Shown here piece after piece: positions 17,174 through 27,842 of a stretch of DNA of 64,000 nt. The notes beneath the pieces were generated by a model. That model saw nothing but the letters and a program-made list of their open reading frames with translations. It was not told the origin of the DNA and searched no databases. Made by a program: the position numbers and the translations under genes. This DNA comes from Alistipes finegoldii (GTDB lineage: Bacteria > Bacillota_I > Bacilli_A > Acholeplasmatales > Anaeroplasmataceae), in NCBI GenBank assembly GCA_963621965.1, contig CAVFGN010000003.1, forward strand, positions 8,107 to 72,106, in the 5' to 3' direction. How positions within the stretch are numbered: position 1 is the first letter of the stretch; the number at the start of each line of letters is the position of its first letter.

Positions 17174-18370
17174 TTATTCAATATCTTTCAAGAACGAATG
17201 TCCCCATTCACTTTCTTTAACACCAAAATTTTCAGCGACTGTATTGCCAAAATCTGAGAAAGATTGACGGATACCAAGATCAGTAGAACCTATGTTTTTG
17301 TGCCATACAATTAGAGGTACATATTCTCTTGTATGGTCAGTTCCAAACCATGTAGGATCATTACCATGATCAGCTGTAATCATAACTAAATCATCATCAT
17401 TTAATTGATTAATTAATTGTCCTAGTTGTGTGTCAAATTCTTCCATGGCTTGTCCATAACCTTGAGGGTTTCTTCTATGTCCATATAATGCATCAAAGTC
17501 AACTAAATTTAAATAACAAAGTCCTGTAAAATCTCTATTTTTTGCAATATCAATCATATGGTTCATACCATCTGCATTTGATACTTGTCTAATAGATTCT
17601 GTGATACCACAACCATTATATATATCTGAAATCTTACCTAAACCTATAACTGTATAATTAGCTTCTTTAAGCTTGTCTAGAATTGTAGGCGCAAACGGTG
17701 AAACCGCATAATCGTGTCTATTTGGAGTTCTTGTAAAGTTAGTTTTGTCAGTACCTACAAATGGTCTTGCGATAATTCTACCAACTTTCCATTCTGGCTT
17801 CATACATAATTCACGCGCAATATGACAACATCTATATAGTTCTTCAAGACCAAATGTTTCTTCATGTGCCGCGATTTGTAATACCGAATCACTTGAAGTA
17901 TAAACAATCATAGAGTTATCTCTCATTTGTTCTTCACCTAAGTCTACTAGGATTTGAGTACCTGAGGCGGCACAGTTACCAATTACTTTATGTCCTGTTT
18001 GCTTTTCAAGTTCATCAATTAATTCCTTAGGGAAACCTGTATCAGTGAATGTTTTAAATGGTTCTTTTACATTTAAGCCCATAATTTCAAGATGACCTGT
18101 TAACGTATCTTTACCACGAGAAATTTCTTGCATCTTACCATGAGCGCCTTGCTTACATGTTTTGCTTAATCCTTCAATATCAGTTATCATTCCATAACCC
18201 ATAGATTCAAGAACAGGTAATTTTAAGCCATTGCAAGACGCTGCTATATGAGCTATTGTATTAGCTCCTTCGTCTGTGTGGCCTGCATTAAAGAATTCAT
18301 TTGAATCCTTACAAGTACCACAGCCTACGCTATCAATTACGATAGCAAAAATTCTTTTAAATTTTTTCAT
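17174..18370 (-). CDS. deoB: Phosphopentomutase
   Basis: Alkaline-phosphatase-superfamily DeoB features: IVIDSVGCG near the N-terminus, ITADHGNDPT, and GHRRNPQGY. Confidence 0.9.
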   Translation of the reverse strand: MKKFKRIFAIVIDSVGCGTCKDSNEFFNAGHTDEGANTIAHIAASCNGLKLPVLESMGYGMITDIEGLSKTCKQGAHGKMQEISRGKDTLTGHLEIMGLNVKEPFKTFTDTGFPKELIDELEKQTGHKVIGNCAASGTQILVDLGEEQMRDNSMIVYTSSDSVLQIAAHEETFGLEELYRCCHIARELCMKPEWKVGRIIARPFVGTDKTNFTRTPNRHDYAVSPFAPTILDKLKEANYTVIGLGKISDIYNGCGITESIRQVSNADGMNHMIDIAKNRDFTGLCYLNLVDFDALYGHRRNPQGYGQAMEEFDTQLGQLINQLNDDDLVMITADHGNDPTWFGTDHTREYVPLIVWHKNIGSTDLGIRQSFSDFGNTVAENFGVKESEWGHSFLKDIE

Positions 18371-19303
18371 CTATTTTTCCTCCTTATTTGCTAGTGGATG
18401 AACACTTTCTACTAAATCTTTTAGTTTTAATCGATTTGTATGTGTATAAATTTGAGTTGTCGAAATATCTTCATGGCCTAACATTTCTTGCACAAAGCGT
18501 AAATCAACACCATTATCAAGTAAATGTGTCGCAAATGAATGTCTTAAAGTATGAGGTGAAATTTCTTTATCAATATTGTTATCACTCGCAAGTTTCTTTA
18601 CAAATTTAAAAATACTTTGTCTTGATAAAGGTTTACCTAAATAAGATAAGAAAACGAAATTGCTAAAACTATTATTTGTAAAATTAGGTCGAGACTTAGT
18701 TATATATGTTCTAAGCGCATCTACCCCAGATTCTCCAAGTGGAACAATTCGCTCTTTATTTCCTTTACCTATAATAGATATATATTTTTCATTTAGATGT
18801 AAATCCCCTACTTTAAGATTAGCAGCTTCACTTACACGAAGTCCTGAACCATATAAAACTTCAATTAAAGCTTTATTGCGAACTCCTGTATCAATTGATG
18901 TATCAATTGAATCAATCATTTTATTAATTTCTTCAACTGATAAAAATGTTGGTATCTTTTTCTCTTTTTTAACGCTATCAACCATTTTTGCAGGATCAAT
19001 ATCAGTCGAGTCTTCTTTAAGTAAATATTTATGAAACTCTTTAATTGCAATAAGTTTTCTAGCTTGGCTGGTTTTACTTATTTTATTATTTTTAAGAGTT
19101 TGTAAATATTTAATAATATGAACCTCTTCTATTTCATTAACCGATTCAATTTTTTGATATTTTGACAAATAAGAAGCGTATTGTTCAATATCAGATATAT
19201 ACGCTTTAATAGTATTTTCGCTTAAATTCTTCTCATTTTCTAAGAAAAATTTGAAGTCTTGCATTTCATAAAAAACTACTTCTTTTTCTTTCTTTTTTTT
19301 CAT
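18371..19303 (-). CDS. xerD: Tyrosine recombinase XerD-like
   Basis: GSGLRVSEA, HTLRHSFATHLLDNGVDLRFVQEMLGHEDISTTQIYTH (the R-H-R-Y catalytic set). Adjacent to deoB, as for ripX/xerD in Bacillus. 3.6 kb from the dif candidate. Confidence 0.8.
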   Translation of the reverse strand: MKKKKEKEVVFYEMQDFKFFLENEKNLSENTIKAYISDIEQYASYLSKYQKIESVNEIEEVHIIKYLQTLKNNKISKTSQARKLIAIKEFHKYLLKEDSTDIDPAKMVDSVKKEKKIPTFLSVEEINKMIDSIDTSIDTGVRNKALIEVLYGSGLRVSEAANLKVGDLHLNEKYISIIGKGNKERIVPLGESGVDALRTYITKSRPNFTNNSFSNFVFLSYLGKPLSRQSIFKFVKKLASDNNIDKEISPHTLRHSFATHLLDNGVDLRFVQEMLGHEDISTTQIYTHTNRLKLKDLVESVHPLANKEEK

Positions 19304-20409
19304 ACAAACTCCATAAATACTAAATCGCCTAACATAATTCCTTTATGAGTTAATTTAATATAGTCCTCATTTGCTTCTAAAAGGCCTGTATCAAAGAGTT
19401 TTGACAAGTCGTATACATTTTCTATTTCTTTGCCAAAACGTTCTCTAAACGCATGTTTTGAAACTCCTTTAGTCATTCTTAAACCTAACATCATAAATTC
19501 ATTTTGGTTAGTTAGTTCATCTATTATTTCTTCTTCTTTAATTCCAATATAATAATCACTAAAATTAGAACTATTAGTGTAACGTATATTATCTAAATAT
19601 CCGCTTGCATTAAGCCCACAACCAATATATTCTAAATCAAGCCAATATATCATATTATGAATTGATTCAAAGCCTTTTCTTGAGTAATTAGATATTTCAT
19701 ATTGATTATACCCATGCTTACTTAAATCAGACATAATATACTCATACATGTCAGCTGACACATCTTCGTCAATCAATTCTAATTTATTATTATTGTATAA
19801 GTAAGACATTATAGTTTTATCTTCTAAAATAAGTGAATAATAAGAAATATGCGGTATATCTAATTTATAAAATTCATTTAGATTTTCCTTTATTAGTTCA
19901 AAAGAATCGTAGGGATGAGCAAATATTAAATCAACATTAATATTTTCTATACCAACATTCTTTAAAATTCTAACCGCTTCAAATATTGTCTCTCTATTGT
20001 GAGTTCTTCCAAGTTTTAATAAAACATCATTGTTAAAAGACTCAGCGCCAATACTAACACGGTTTATATTATGTTTCTTAAAAAGCTTTGCTTGATCTTC
20101 TGTGAGCAAATCAGGATTAATTTCTATAGAATATTCTTTAATGTTTAAATTTATACTAAATATATCAATAGTATCTAGTAAATGTGATAATAAATCATAA
20201 GGTAAATAGTTAGGAGTTCCTCCTCCTATATAGATAGTTTCAATATCTTTGTATTTATCTCTATAAGATAAAATTTCTTTTTCAAGAAATGAAACATATT
20301 TACTAATTATTGATAAATTTTTGCTTACAGTTTTACGAAAATCGCAATACGTGCATATTTTTTTACAAAATGGAATATGTATATATAATCCTCTCACATA
20401 AATCACCAA
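19300..20409 (-). CDS. hemW: Radical SAM HemW/HemN-like protein (heme chaperone or oxygen-independent coproporphyrinogen oxidase-like)
   Basis: YIHIPFCKKICTYCDF (CxxxCxxC). C-terminal HemN_C-like region. Non-ATG start (TTG/GTG). Confidence 0.8.
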   Translation of the reverse strand: MVIYVRGLYIHIPFCKKICTYCDFRKTVSKNLSIISKYVSFLEKEILSYRDKYKDIETIYIGGGTPNYLPYDLLSHLLDTIDIFSINLNIKEYSIEINPDLLTEDQAKLFKKHNINRVSIGAESFNNDVLLKLGRTHNRETIFEAVRILKNVGIENINVDLIFAHPYDSFELIKENLNEFYKLDIPHISYYSLILEDKTIMSYLYNNNKLELIDEDVSADMYEYIMSDLSKHGYNQYEISNYSRKGFESIHNMIYWLDLEYIGCGLNASGYLDNIRYTNSSNFSDYYIGIKEEEIIDELTNQNEFMMLGLRMTKGVSKHAFRERFGKEIENVYDLSKLFDTGLLEANEDYIKLTHKGIMLGDLVFMEFV

Positions 20410-20460
20410 CTAGATTATACCACAATTTGAATATAATGAAAAAAGAGTAGTCAAAATAAA

Positions 20461-21396
20461 CTACCCTTCGATAATGTTTGATAAATCGATTTTTTCATAA
20501 TTTAAGAATAACTTATCTAAATCGATTCTTTCTCTTTCCGCATCAGTCATAACATGGACTAAGAAATCAAATCCATCAATTAAAACCCATCCTGAGTTTT
20601 CGCCTTCACTAGCTTTAACTTGATATCCAACTTTTGCTAATTCTTCTTTAATATATTCGATACTAACGTTAGCTTGACGTTCAGAGTCAACACTTGCGAT
20701 TAAGACAAATTTAAAGAATGGTGAACTTAAATTAGTATCGTAACATACGATATCATGAGGATTTACTCTCTTTAATCCCTCATAAATTGTTTTAATTTTT
20801 TCCATAATTAATTTCCTTTCATATTCATATAATACATCTTTTTGCATAGGATGTACGTTTTTATTTTGTTTATTTAAAAAGTTTATAGTAAATAAAGTAG
20901 ATAAATATATAGCTTCGTTAAGCCTTCCACTAAGTAATATATTTCTTACAGTAATACAATCTTTATAAGTTCTATTTTCTTCAGTATAGTCACTTATTAG
21001 AACAATCTCTTCAAGCTTAGTCATATTTGTATGTCCAAAGACATGATTTTTAATTGCACTTTTCATCTCAAGATCATCTATATTAAATACTTTTTTCAAA
21101 GCTTCGCTTGAGGCATAAGCATGGTATAAAACAGTGCATTTTTCGCATTCTTCTAAATCGCTTGGGTCAATTAATGTTTTCATCTCTTCTTCAGATTCAT
21201 ACTTATAAAAATCATGTACAAGTCCACATATAATAGCACGTGATTTATCTACATTATAAATAGAAGCTAAATATTCACACATTTTAGCCACACCTAGTAT
21301 ATGAGTAAATCTAGATAATTTATCAGGATATTTAGTTTTATACTTAGCTTCAACTATATTTCTAACTTCGTTAATTTTTTGATCCGAAAATTGCAT
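20461..21396 (-). CDS. In-frame fusion of the YqeK HD-domain phosphohydrolase and the ribosomal silencing factor RsfS
   Basis: The N-terminal ~195 aa has RFTHILGVAKM..GLVHDFYKY..NHVFGH (YqeK-type HD). The C-terminal ~115 aa (MEKIKTIYEGL..FKFVLIASVDSERQANV..GWVLIDGFDFLVHVM) is RsfS/iojap-like. No stop codon separates them. AAAGGAAA lies 8 nt before the internal ATG. Confidence 0.65.
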   Translation of the reverse strand: MQFSDQKINEVRNIVEAKYKTKYPDKLSRFTHILGVAKMCEYLASIYNVDKSRAIICGLVHDFYKYESEEEMKTLIDPSDLEECEKCTVLYHAYASSEALKKVFNIDDLEMKSAIKNHVFGHTNMTKLEEIVLISDYTEENRTYKDCITVRNILLSGRLNEAIYLSTLFTINFLNKQNKNVHPMQKDVLYEYERKLIMEKIKTIYEGLKRVNPHDIVCYDTNLSSPFFKFVLIASVDSERQANVSIEYIKEELAKVGYQVKASEGENSGWVLIDGFDFLVHVMTDAERERIDLDKLFLNYEKIDLSNIIEG

Positions 21397-22486
21397 TTCT
21401 TAGGAACACATCCAATCCACGTAAATATGTAATTTCAATTGTACATGGTTTATTTATTGTTATAAAGCCAAGTCCTGAAATTACAAGATCCTGTTTTTTA
21501 GGTCCGATTTTCATCACTTTTGTATCAAATACAAGTTCTGTATTGTCGCCAATTGCAGGTGGAACTAGAATCTCGCCTTTATGCTTATTAATAAACTCAA
21601 GCAAATCTTTATCTTTTCTTCTATGCACACTAACGTTTTCTGATACATATGAAGTAAATGTAACAAAGCCTTCAGCTTCTTTTAGACTAGCTGTAAAGAT
21701 AGCGCCTAAGAGTACGCAGTTTCCAACCTCAATTTGATAACTAATAGGTTTAATTTCCTTTTTAGGCACTAATAAATCATAGCTTTTTTCAGTTAAATTA
21801 GAAAATGCATTATTTAAATTAATTAAGCCAGGTGTATCAATGAATGATTTATTATCAATAAAGAATGGTATATTAATCTCTTTAAGTGTGGTACCTGGAA
21901 TAGGACTAGTCGCAATTAAATCTTTCTTACGAGTGCTAAAACGTTTAATTAGCATATTTATTAAGCTAGATTTACCTACGTTTGCACAACCCATAAAATA
22001 AACATCTTTTCCATTTCGAGCTAAATCTATAGTATTCATTAAATCATCAATGTAATAACCTGTTTTACTAGATACAACGTGAATCGCAAGCGCTTTAAAG
22101 AAATATCTATCAACCATTTGGCTTAACCAAGTAACGATATTTGAAATATTAACACTTTTTGGTAATAAATCTAGTTTGTTTGCGACTAAAATTACATCTT
22201 TATTACGGAGTTTATTTAATATTTGAGGTATAAATGTACCAGTAAAATCAAATAAATCTACTACAAGTACAATTACCCCGTCTTTCTTAAGTAAATTATC
22301 AATAACATAAACATAATCATCGTTAGTTGCGGTGATCTTAGGATATTCATTATAATTCATTAATCTGAAGCAACGTTTACAATAAAGGGTAGATTTTGAT
22401 GTATCAATTGTTTTTATGAAACCTTCTTTAGTTTCATCTTCTGTTTGTAAAATGGCGCCACAACCATTACATATTATTTTGCTCAT
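21371..22486 (-). CDS. yqeH: Ribosome biogenesis GTPase YqeH
   Basis: N-terminal zinc ribbon CNGCG..CKRC. Circularly permuted GTPase motifs NKLDLL..GCANVGKSSLIN..DTPG. Start set at MSKIIC (22486), with AAAGGGA upstream. Confidence 0.75.
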   Translation of the reverse strand: MSKIICNGCGAILQTEDETKEGFIKTIDTSKSTLYCKRCFRLMNYNEYPKITATNDDYVYVIDNLLKKDGVIVLVVDLFDFTGTFIPQILNKLRNKDVILVANKLDLLPKSVNISNIVTWLSQMVDRYFFKALAIHVVSSKTGYYIDDLMNTIDLARNGKDVYFMGCANVGKSSLINMLIKRFSTRKKDLIATSPIPGTTLKEINIPFFIDNKSFIDTPGLINLNNAFSNLTEKSYDLLVPKKEIKPISYQIEVGNCVLLGAIFTASLKEAEGFVTFTSYVSENVSVHRRKDKDLLEFINKHKGEILVPPAIGDNTELVFDTKVMKIGPKKQDLVISGLGFITINKPCTIEITYLRGLDVFLRNAIFGSKN

Positions 22487-23054
22487 TTTTATCCCTTTCA
22501 TAAAGTAAAATTATATTGTTATAAGAATCAATATCCTTCTTCTTAATTTTTTCTATAATTTTCTTTTCTCTTTTTCTATTAAATCTAGTGGTCCAAACCT
22601 CAGTTTTATTATCAATTGGTTTTACAAGGATTGTATAAATATCAAGGCCACGAGATCCGTAAACATCAGTTAAAAGTTGGTCCCCGATTTCAACAATTTC
22701 ACTCCAAGTGTATTTTTTACTTAGTTTTCTTCTAGCTCGTTTAAATGCTAATTTTAAAGGTTTTAAAGAATTGGCAGTATATTTTAGTTTAGTTTCATTT
22801 GCAATTACTTTAACTCTTTTAGGCTTGTTGTTAGAGACAAGCATAATTTCAAAACCCATTTCTTCAAGTTTATTTATAAGATTTAAAGCGTTTTGTGTAA
22901 TATGCATATCTTTATAAGAAATTAAAGTGTTATCAACATCAAAAAATATTACACGTTTACCTAATTCATATAGTGCTTTATAATCAATATCATATACTGT
23001 TTTAGTGTATTCATTTGGTATACACTTTTTATAGTTTAAAATATGTTCAATCAT
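22467..23054 (-). CDS. yqeG: YqeG-family HAD phosphatase
   Basis: FFDVDNTL (DxDxT), VSNN, IGDQLLTDV. Conserved yqeG-yqeH order. Confidence 0.7.
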   Translation of the reverse strand: MIEHILNYKKCIPNEYTKTVYDIDYKALYELGKRVIFFDVDNTLISYKDMHITQNALNLINKLEEMGFEIMLVSNNKPKRVKVIANETKLKYTANSLKPLKLAFKRARRKLSKKYTWSEIVEIGDQLLTDVYGSRGLDIYTILVKPIDNKTEVWTTRFNRKREKKIIEKIKKKDIDSYNNIILLYERDKNEQNNM

Positions 23055-23093
23055 TTGATCCTCTTTAAAAAAATAAGAGTAGAAATACTACTC

Positions 23094-23573
23094 TTATTTG
23101 TTTTCAACTGTTACATCAACAATTGTTACTGCTAGCATACCTACAGGTGTTTGTACATGAACTGTATCGCCTTTTTTGTGTCCAACAAGAGCTTTACCAA
23201 TTGGAGAATCAGTAGATAATTTATTAACTAAAATATCTGATGTTACACTTGCAGAAATTAAGAATTGTTCTTCGACAACACCTTCTGGTCCCTTATATTT
23301 AATAGTAACAAATTTACCGATACCAACTGCATCGCTTGTATCTACGTTAACAATTTCACTGTTCTTGATAATTTCTTCAACTCTGCTCTTTTCAGCAGCT
23401 AAGTTTGCTTGCTTTTCTTTAGCAGAACTATAATCAGCGTTTTCAGATAAGTCGCCTTGTTCACGAGCTTCTTTTAAAGCTTTAGTATTTTCATCAATCT
23501 CGTGGTTAATACGAGCTAATTGTTCTTGATAATTTTCATATTCTTTTCTAGTAATTTGATATTTAGTTGCCAT
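23094..23573 (-). CDS. greA: Transcription elongation factor GreA
   Basis: Start set at MATKYQITRKEYE, with GGAGGA upstream. GDLSENADY motif and a C-terminal FKBP-like domain. Confidence 0.9.
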   Translation of the reverse strand: MATKYQITRKEYENYQEQLARINHEIDENTKALKEAREQGDLSENADYSSAKEKQANLAAEKSRVEEIIKNSEIVNVDTSDAVGIGKFVTIKYKGPEGVVEEQFLISASVTSDILVNKLSTDSPIGKALVGHKKGDTVHVQTPVGMLAVTIVDVTVENK

Positions 23574-23637
23574 AATAGAATATCCTCCTACACATAATAC
23601 TTTATAATTATACAACAAGATTTATTTTTTTAAAAGA

Positions 23638-24360
23638 CTAATATCGGTCATTATATTGGATTTTTTTCATTTGCGTTTGAACCTTTTTAGCATTAGGAAA
23701 ACAAAGTTCGAATATATAATAGAATCTAATGCCATGGTTTGGTACTACAAAATGAGTTAATTCATGATACAAAACGTTTTTTATATCTAACTTATTATAT
23801 TTTGCAAGAATTATATTAAGAGATATTTTATTTTCTAAAGTATAACATTTACCGTAAAACGTTTTAACACGTTTATAAATAATACTAGGCATAGTATTAT
23901 ATTTATAGTCAAAGATGTTTTCCTTGTAAATGCGAAATGCTTCAGGTAATATTTCTTTAATATATTTGTCTAATTCTCTTTGATAAAATGAATATAAAAT
24001 ATAATCAATATGTTTATCATTGTTAGAAGTTGTATGTATTATAATTTCATCATTAAAAAAAGAAACATGTTCTGAAAAATCTAACTCAATTTTTACATTG
24101 TATGATTTTCCAAAGAAATGAACCATATTATTATCTTTATTGTTATTATTGATCTGTTTATTTAGACGTTGTTTTATAACAAAATTATAAAGTAGATCTT
24201 CATTTTCATGAATAAATATTTCCGGATTTTTGCATTTTTTATAATTTGGTGAAGTAATAGAAACTGTATTAGTTTCCTTGTCATATCTAAAATAAGTACG
24301 CTTATTTCTAGGCTTATATAAAACTTCTATATTGATATCAATATCTTTAAGCTTCATCAT
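23638..24360 (-). CDS. YgjP/DUF45-type metal-dependent hydrolase
   Basis: C-terminal HELTHFVVPNHG (HExxH-like zinc motif typical of the family). Confidence 0.55.
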   Translation of the reverse strand: MMKLKDIDINIEVLYKPRNKRTYFRYDKETNTVSITSPNYKKCKNPEIFIHENEDLLYNFVIKQRLNKQINNNNKDNNMVHFFGKSYNVKIELDFSEHVSFFNDEIIIHTTSNNDKHIDYILYSFYQRELDKYIKEILPEAFRIYKENIFDYKYNTMPSIIYKRVKTFYGKCYTLENKISLNIILAKYNKLDIKNVLYHELTHFVVPNHGIRFYYIFELCFPNAKKVQTQMKKIQYNDRY

Positions 24361-25540
24361 GTATCCTTAACATATCATATTGTTCACATTCCTCATCAAT
24401 TTTTAGGTAAACAATGTCACGAGGGTGATTTGCGACTTCAATATCTTCAAACTTATCATTTAAAAGAACTTGAGGTACAAAGATATAATCATCTTTTTTA
24501 GGTCTAAATAATTCTAAACTCATAGACTTTTTAAAATTGTTTCTAACATCAACTTTAGCCATATGTGTTTCTTTATTATATTCAATAACTATACCACAAA
24601 ATCTTTGATCAGCTCTATCACTAAATAGGTCATATAGTTGTTCGTTTACTGTAGTTTGTCCTTTTAAAAAACCAATTGATGTTTCTCTATTTTCAGCCTT
24701 TTCTATTTGATAAAGGTATTTATCAATATTTTTTATATCCCCAGTTTTATAATATTCATCAATAGCTTCTCTATAGCTTTTAACGATAGTCGCAATATAG
24801 TGTAGTGACTTCATTCTTCCTTCAATCTTAAACGAATCAATACCTGTTTCTAAGTATTCTTTAAGCAGTGGTAGTGCACATAAGTCTTTACTAGACATTG
24901 CAAAATAATCATCGTTATTAATTTTTTCGTCTTTCACAAATAGGTCATAATTCCATCTACAAGAGTGGGCACATCCTCCTCTATTGGCATCTCTATTTGT
25001 CATATTATTTGATAACATACATCTTCCACTATATGATACACACATACCACCGTGTATGAAAGCTTCAATATCTACATTAGTTTTTTCTTTTATCTTTTTA
25101 ATACTTTTTAAATCAAGTTCTCTACCAAGAACAACACGCTTTACGCCAAGATGTGTCCAAAAATTCACCATATTAGTGTTTAAAGTGGATTCTTGTGTAC
25201 TTACATGGCATTCCATTTTTGTTTTTAAAACTTCATTTATTATAAGTGGTGATGCACAAATTATTGCGTCTACACCTACATCTTCAAGTTCCTTTAAATA
25301 TTCTTTTAAACCCTCTGTATCAATAACATGAGGTAAAATGTTGCACGTTACATGCACATATGCATTATGTTCATGTGCAAAAGCACAAGCTTCTTTAATA
25401 TCATCGATAGTAAAATTTGAAGCACGAGAACGTAAAGAGAATTTTTGACCACCAATAAATACAGCATTAGCACCGTAAAGGATGGCAATCTTTAGTTTTT
25501 CTAAATCTCCAGCAGGAGCCAATAATTCAACTTTATTCAT
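24347..25540 (-). CDS. Peptidase U32 family protein (YrrO/TrhP-like)
   Basis: ELLAPAG, GANAVFIGG, EAFIHGGMCVSYSGRC. Pairs with the smaller U32 gene upstream. Confidence 0.75.
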   Translation of the reverse strand: MNKVELLAPAGDLEKLKIAILYGANAVFIGGQKFSLRSRASNFTIDDIKEACAFAHEHNAYVHVTCNILPHVIDTEGLKEYLKELEDVGVDAIICASPLIINEVLKTKMECHVSTQESTLNTNMVNFWTHLGVKRVVLGRELDLKSIKKIKEKTNVDIEAFIHGGMCVSYSGRCMLSNNMTNRDANRGGCAHSCRWNYDLFVKDEKINNDDYFAMSSKDLCALPLLKEYLETGIDSFKIEGRMKSLHYIATIVKSYREAIDEYYKTGDIKNIDKYLYQIEKAENRETSIGFLKGQTTVNEQLYDLFSDRADQRFCGIVIEYNKETHMAKVDVRNNFKKSMSLELFRPKKDDYIFVPQVLLNDKFEDIEVANHPRDIVYLKIDEECEQYDMLRIHDEA

Positions 25541-26409
25541 TAAAACTCCTCCTTTTGATAAACACTATCTTTGTATTTAAATCCGTCCTTAATATCTAGA
25601 TTAAGTTCATTAATTAAAACTAGTGCTTCTTCTTTTGTAATAATTTTTTTAATATACTTTGAATAAGCTTCAACAACTTTGTTAAAAGTTTCATCTTCAA
25701 TAAATATATTATCTAAATAAATAAATCTAGGATTAATTAAATCTAATTCATTTAAATAAGATAAAATGTAATTTCTGAAAATAATTGTACCTTTTTCAAA
25801 TTCATAAATATGAAAAAAATCATTTTCCCTTTTAATTTCTCTTAAGTAAGAATGATATTTATCAATGTCAAAATCAAGTCCTTTGTACTGTTTATATAAA
25901 GAGATTAAATGACGCTTTGAATAGAACATTTGATGATATCCGAAAGCTTTTAAAAAGACGTTATTATCGTTATATTTTGATATTGTTACTTGATCATTTA
26001 CAGGTATTTCAAGAGAAATAGCACTAGATAACATATTTTGTTTTAAATAAAATTCTTGATCATATTGATTTGTACACAAAGTTTGAGAGTTGTATATCCC
26101 TTTGTTTTCTAAGCCTCTTAAACGAAGAGATTCGTATACTCCAAGATCTGAATAAATAAAATAATAATCTTTATCTTTAATTTGGTCTAATAATTTATTA
26201 AGTCTTTCTATATCGCTATCCTCCATCATAATAGTTAGATCTATAAAAATCTTTAAATTATCTCTATTTTGGTAGATTGTTTCAATTTCATTTAATGAGA
26301 AAGACTTATTATAAAACGAAGAAAAGTCGTTTAAATAAACGACTACTCCATCAACCTGATTTTTTAAATTATTAAGATTATTTTTTTCATTTAATGAAAC
26401 AATAAGCAT
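25540..26409 (-). CDS. Peptidase U32 family protein, short (YrrN-like)
   Basis: Size, position immediately upstream of the large U32 gene with start/stop overlap, and U32-like central region (LKAFGYHQMFYSKRHL). Confidence 0.55.
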   Translation of the reverse strand: MLIVSLNEKNNLNNLKNQVDGVVVYLNDFSSFYNKSFSLNEIETIYQNRDNLKIFIDLTIMMEDSDIERLNKLLDQIKDKDYYFIYSDLGVYESLRLRGLENKGIYNSQTLCTNQYDQEFYLKQNMLSSAISLEIPVNDQVTISKYNDNNVFLKAFGYHQMFYSKRHLISLYKQYKGLDFDIDKYHSYLREIKRENDFFHIYEFEKGTIIFRNYILSYLNELDLINPRFIYLDNIFIEDETFNKVVEAYSKYIKKIITKEEALVLINELNLDIKDGFKYKDSVYQKEEF

Positions 26410-26417
26410 AATATCAC

Positions 26418-27839
26418 CTAAAATCTAAAGTTGCCTTTTCCTTTTCCCTTACCTTTTTTTACATTTTGATTTTGCATATTTGCAAAATTACCATTTTTCA
26501 TATTAATGGCCATTTTTTGCATATCATCTTCTGACATACCTTGCATTTTCTTCATAGTTTTAACTTGTTGATCTAATGCTTCACGAAGTTTATTAACTTC
26601 CATTACAGTATGTCCCGAACCTTTTGCAATACGTTCTCTACGACTAGCGCTTGTATTGATTAATTGAGGATTTTTTCTTTCTTCTTCAGTCATTGAGCCG
26701 ATAATTTCTTCTAATACTTGGAATGCTTTATCACTATCTATTTGACTAGCGGCTTGTTTAATTTGTTTCATACCTGGTAAGAAACCAAGAATCTTTGAAA
26801 TAGAACCCATACGTTTAATCATTTTGAATTGTTTTAACAAATCATTATAGTTAAACTTGCCACTCATCAATTTCTCAGTCATGTTCATCATTTCATCTTC
26901 ATCAACGTTTTCAGTAACAGTATCGATTAAAGATAAAACGTCACCCATACCAAGAATTCTATCAGCTAATCGATCAGGATGGAAAACTTCTAGTTGGTCA
27001 AGTTTTTCACCTGTAGACATTAACTTAATAGGAATACCTGTAATATGTTTGATTGAAAGAGCCGCACCACCTCTAGTGTCGCCGTCCATCTTAGTTAAAA
27101 TACAACCAGTTAACTTTAATTGATCATTAAATGATTTAGCGATGTTAACTGCATCTTGACCAGTCATTGCGTCTACTGTAAGTAATGTCTCATCAGGTTG
27201 CGCAATGTCTTGAACGTTTTGAAGTTCTTTCATCAATGCTTCATCAATATGAAGACGGCCAGCTGTATCGATGATTACTAAATCATACCCACCATTTTGA
27301 GCCTCTTTTAAACCATTTTTAACAATAGTTTCAGCTTTTTCTTTAGTACCCATTTCAAATACAGGAACACCAATAGATTTGCCTAGAGTTACTAATTGGT
27401 CAATAGCAGCAGGTCTATAGATATCTGCCGCAATCAAGAAAGGCTTCTTGTTAGCTTTCTTTCTGTAATAAAGAGCCATTTTTGCGACTGCAGTAGTTTT
27501 ACCAGCACCTTGTAAACCGACAGTCATAATAACTGTAGTTTTATTTTCTTTAAAAGTAATTTCACTCGTTTCGTCGCCTAAAGTCTTTTTTAACTCTTCA
27601 CGGACAATTTTAACTACTTGTTGTCCAGGATTTAACCCTTTTAAAATCTTTTCACCATAGGCTTGTTCTTTTACACGAGCTAAGAATTCTCTAACAACTT
27701 TAAAATTAACGTCAGCTTCAAGAAGTGAAATACGTACTTCTTTAAGCATTTCATCTATATCTTTTTCATCAAGTTTAGAGCGTCCTGTGACTTTTCTTAA
27801 CGCCATTTGCAATCTATTCGATAAATTATCAAATGCCAT
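26418..27839 (-). CDS. ffh: Signal recognition particle protein Ffh
   Basis: MAFDNLSNRLQ.., GLQGAGKTT, DTAGR, TKMDGD. Methionine-rich M domain. Confidence 0.95.
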   Translation of the reverse strand: MAFDNLSNRLQMALRKVTGRSKLDEKDIDEMLKEVRISLLEADVNFKVVREFLARVKEQAYGEKILKGLNPGQQVVKIVREELKKTLGDETSEITFKENKTTVIMTVGLQGAGKTTAVAKMALYYRKKANKKPFLIAADIYRPAAIDQLVTLGKSIGVPVFEMGTKEKAETIVKNGLKEAQNGGYDLVIIDTAGRLHIDEALMKELQNVQDIAQPDETLLTVDAMTGQDAVNIAKSFNDQLKLTGCILTKMDGDTRGGAALSIKHITGIPIKLMSTGEKLDQLEVFHPDRLADRILGMGDVLSLIDTVTENVDEDEMMNMTEKLMSGKFNYNDLLKQFKMIKRMGSISKILGFLPGMKQIKQAASQIDSDKAFQVLEEIIGSMTEEERKNPQLINTSASRRERIAKGSGHTVMEVNKLREALDQQVKTMKKMQGMSEDDMQKMAINMKNGNFANMQNQNVKKGKGKGKGNFRF

Positions 27840-27842
27840 AAT

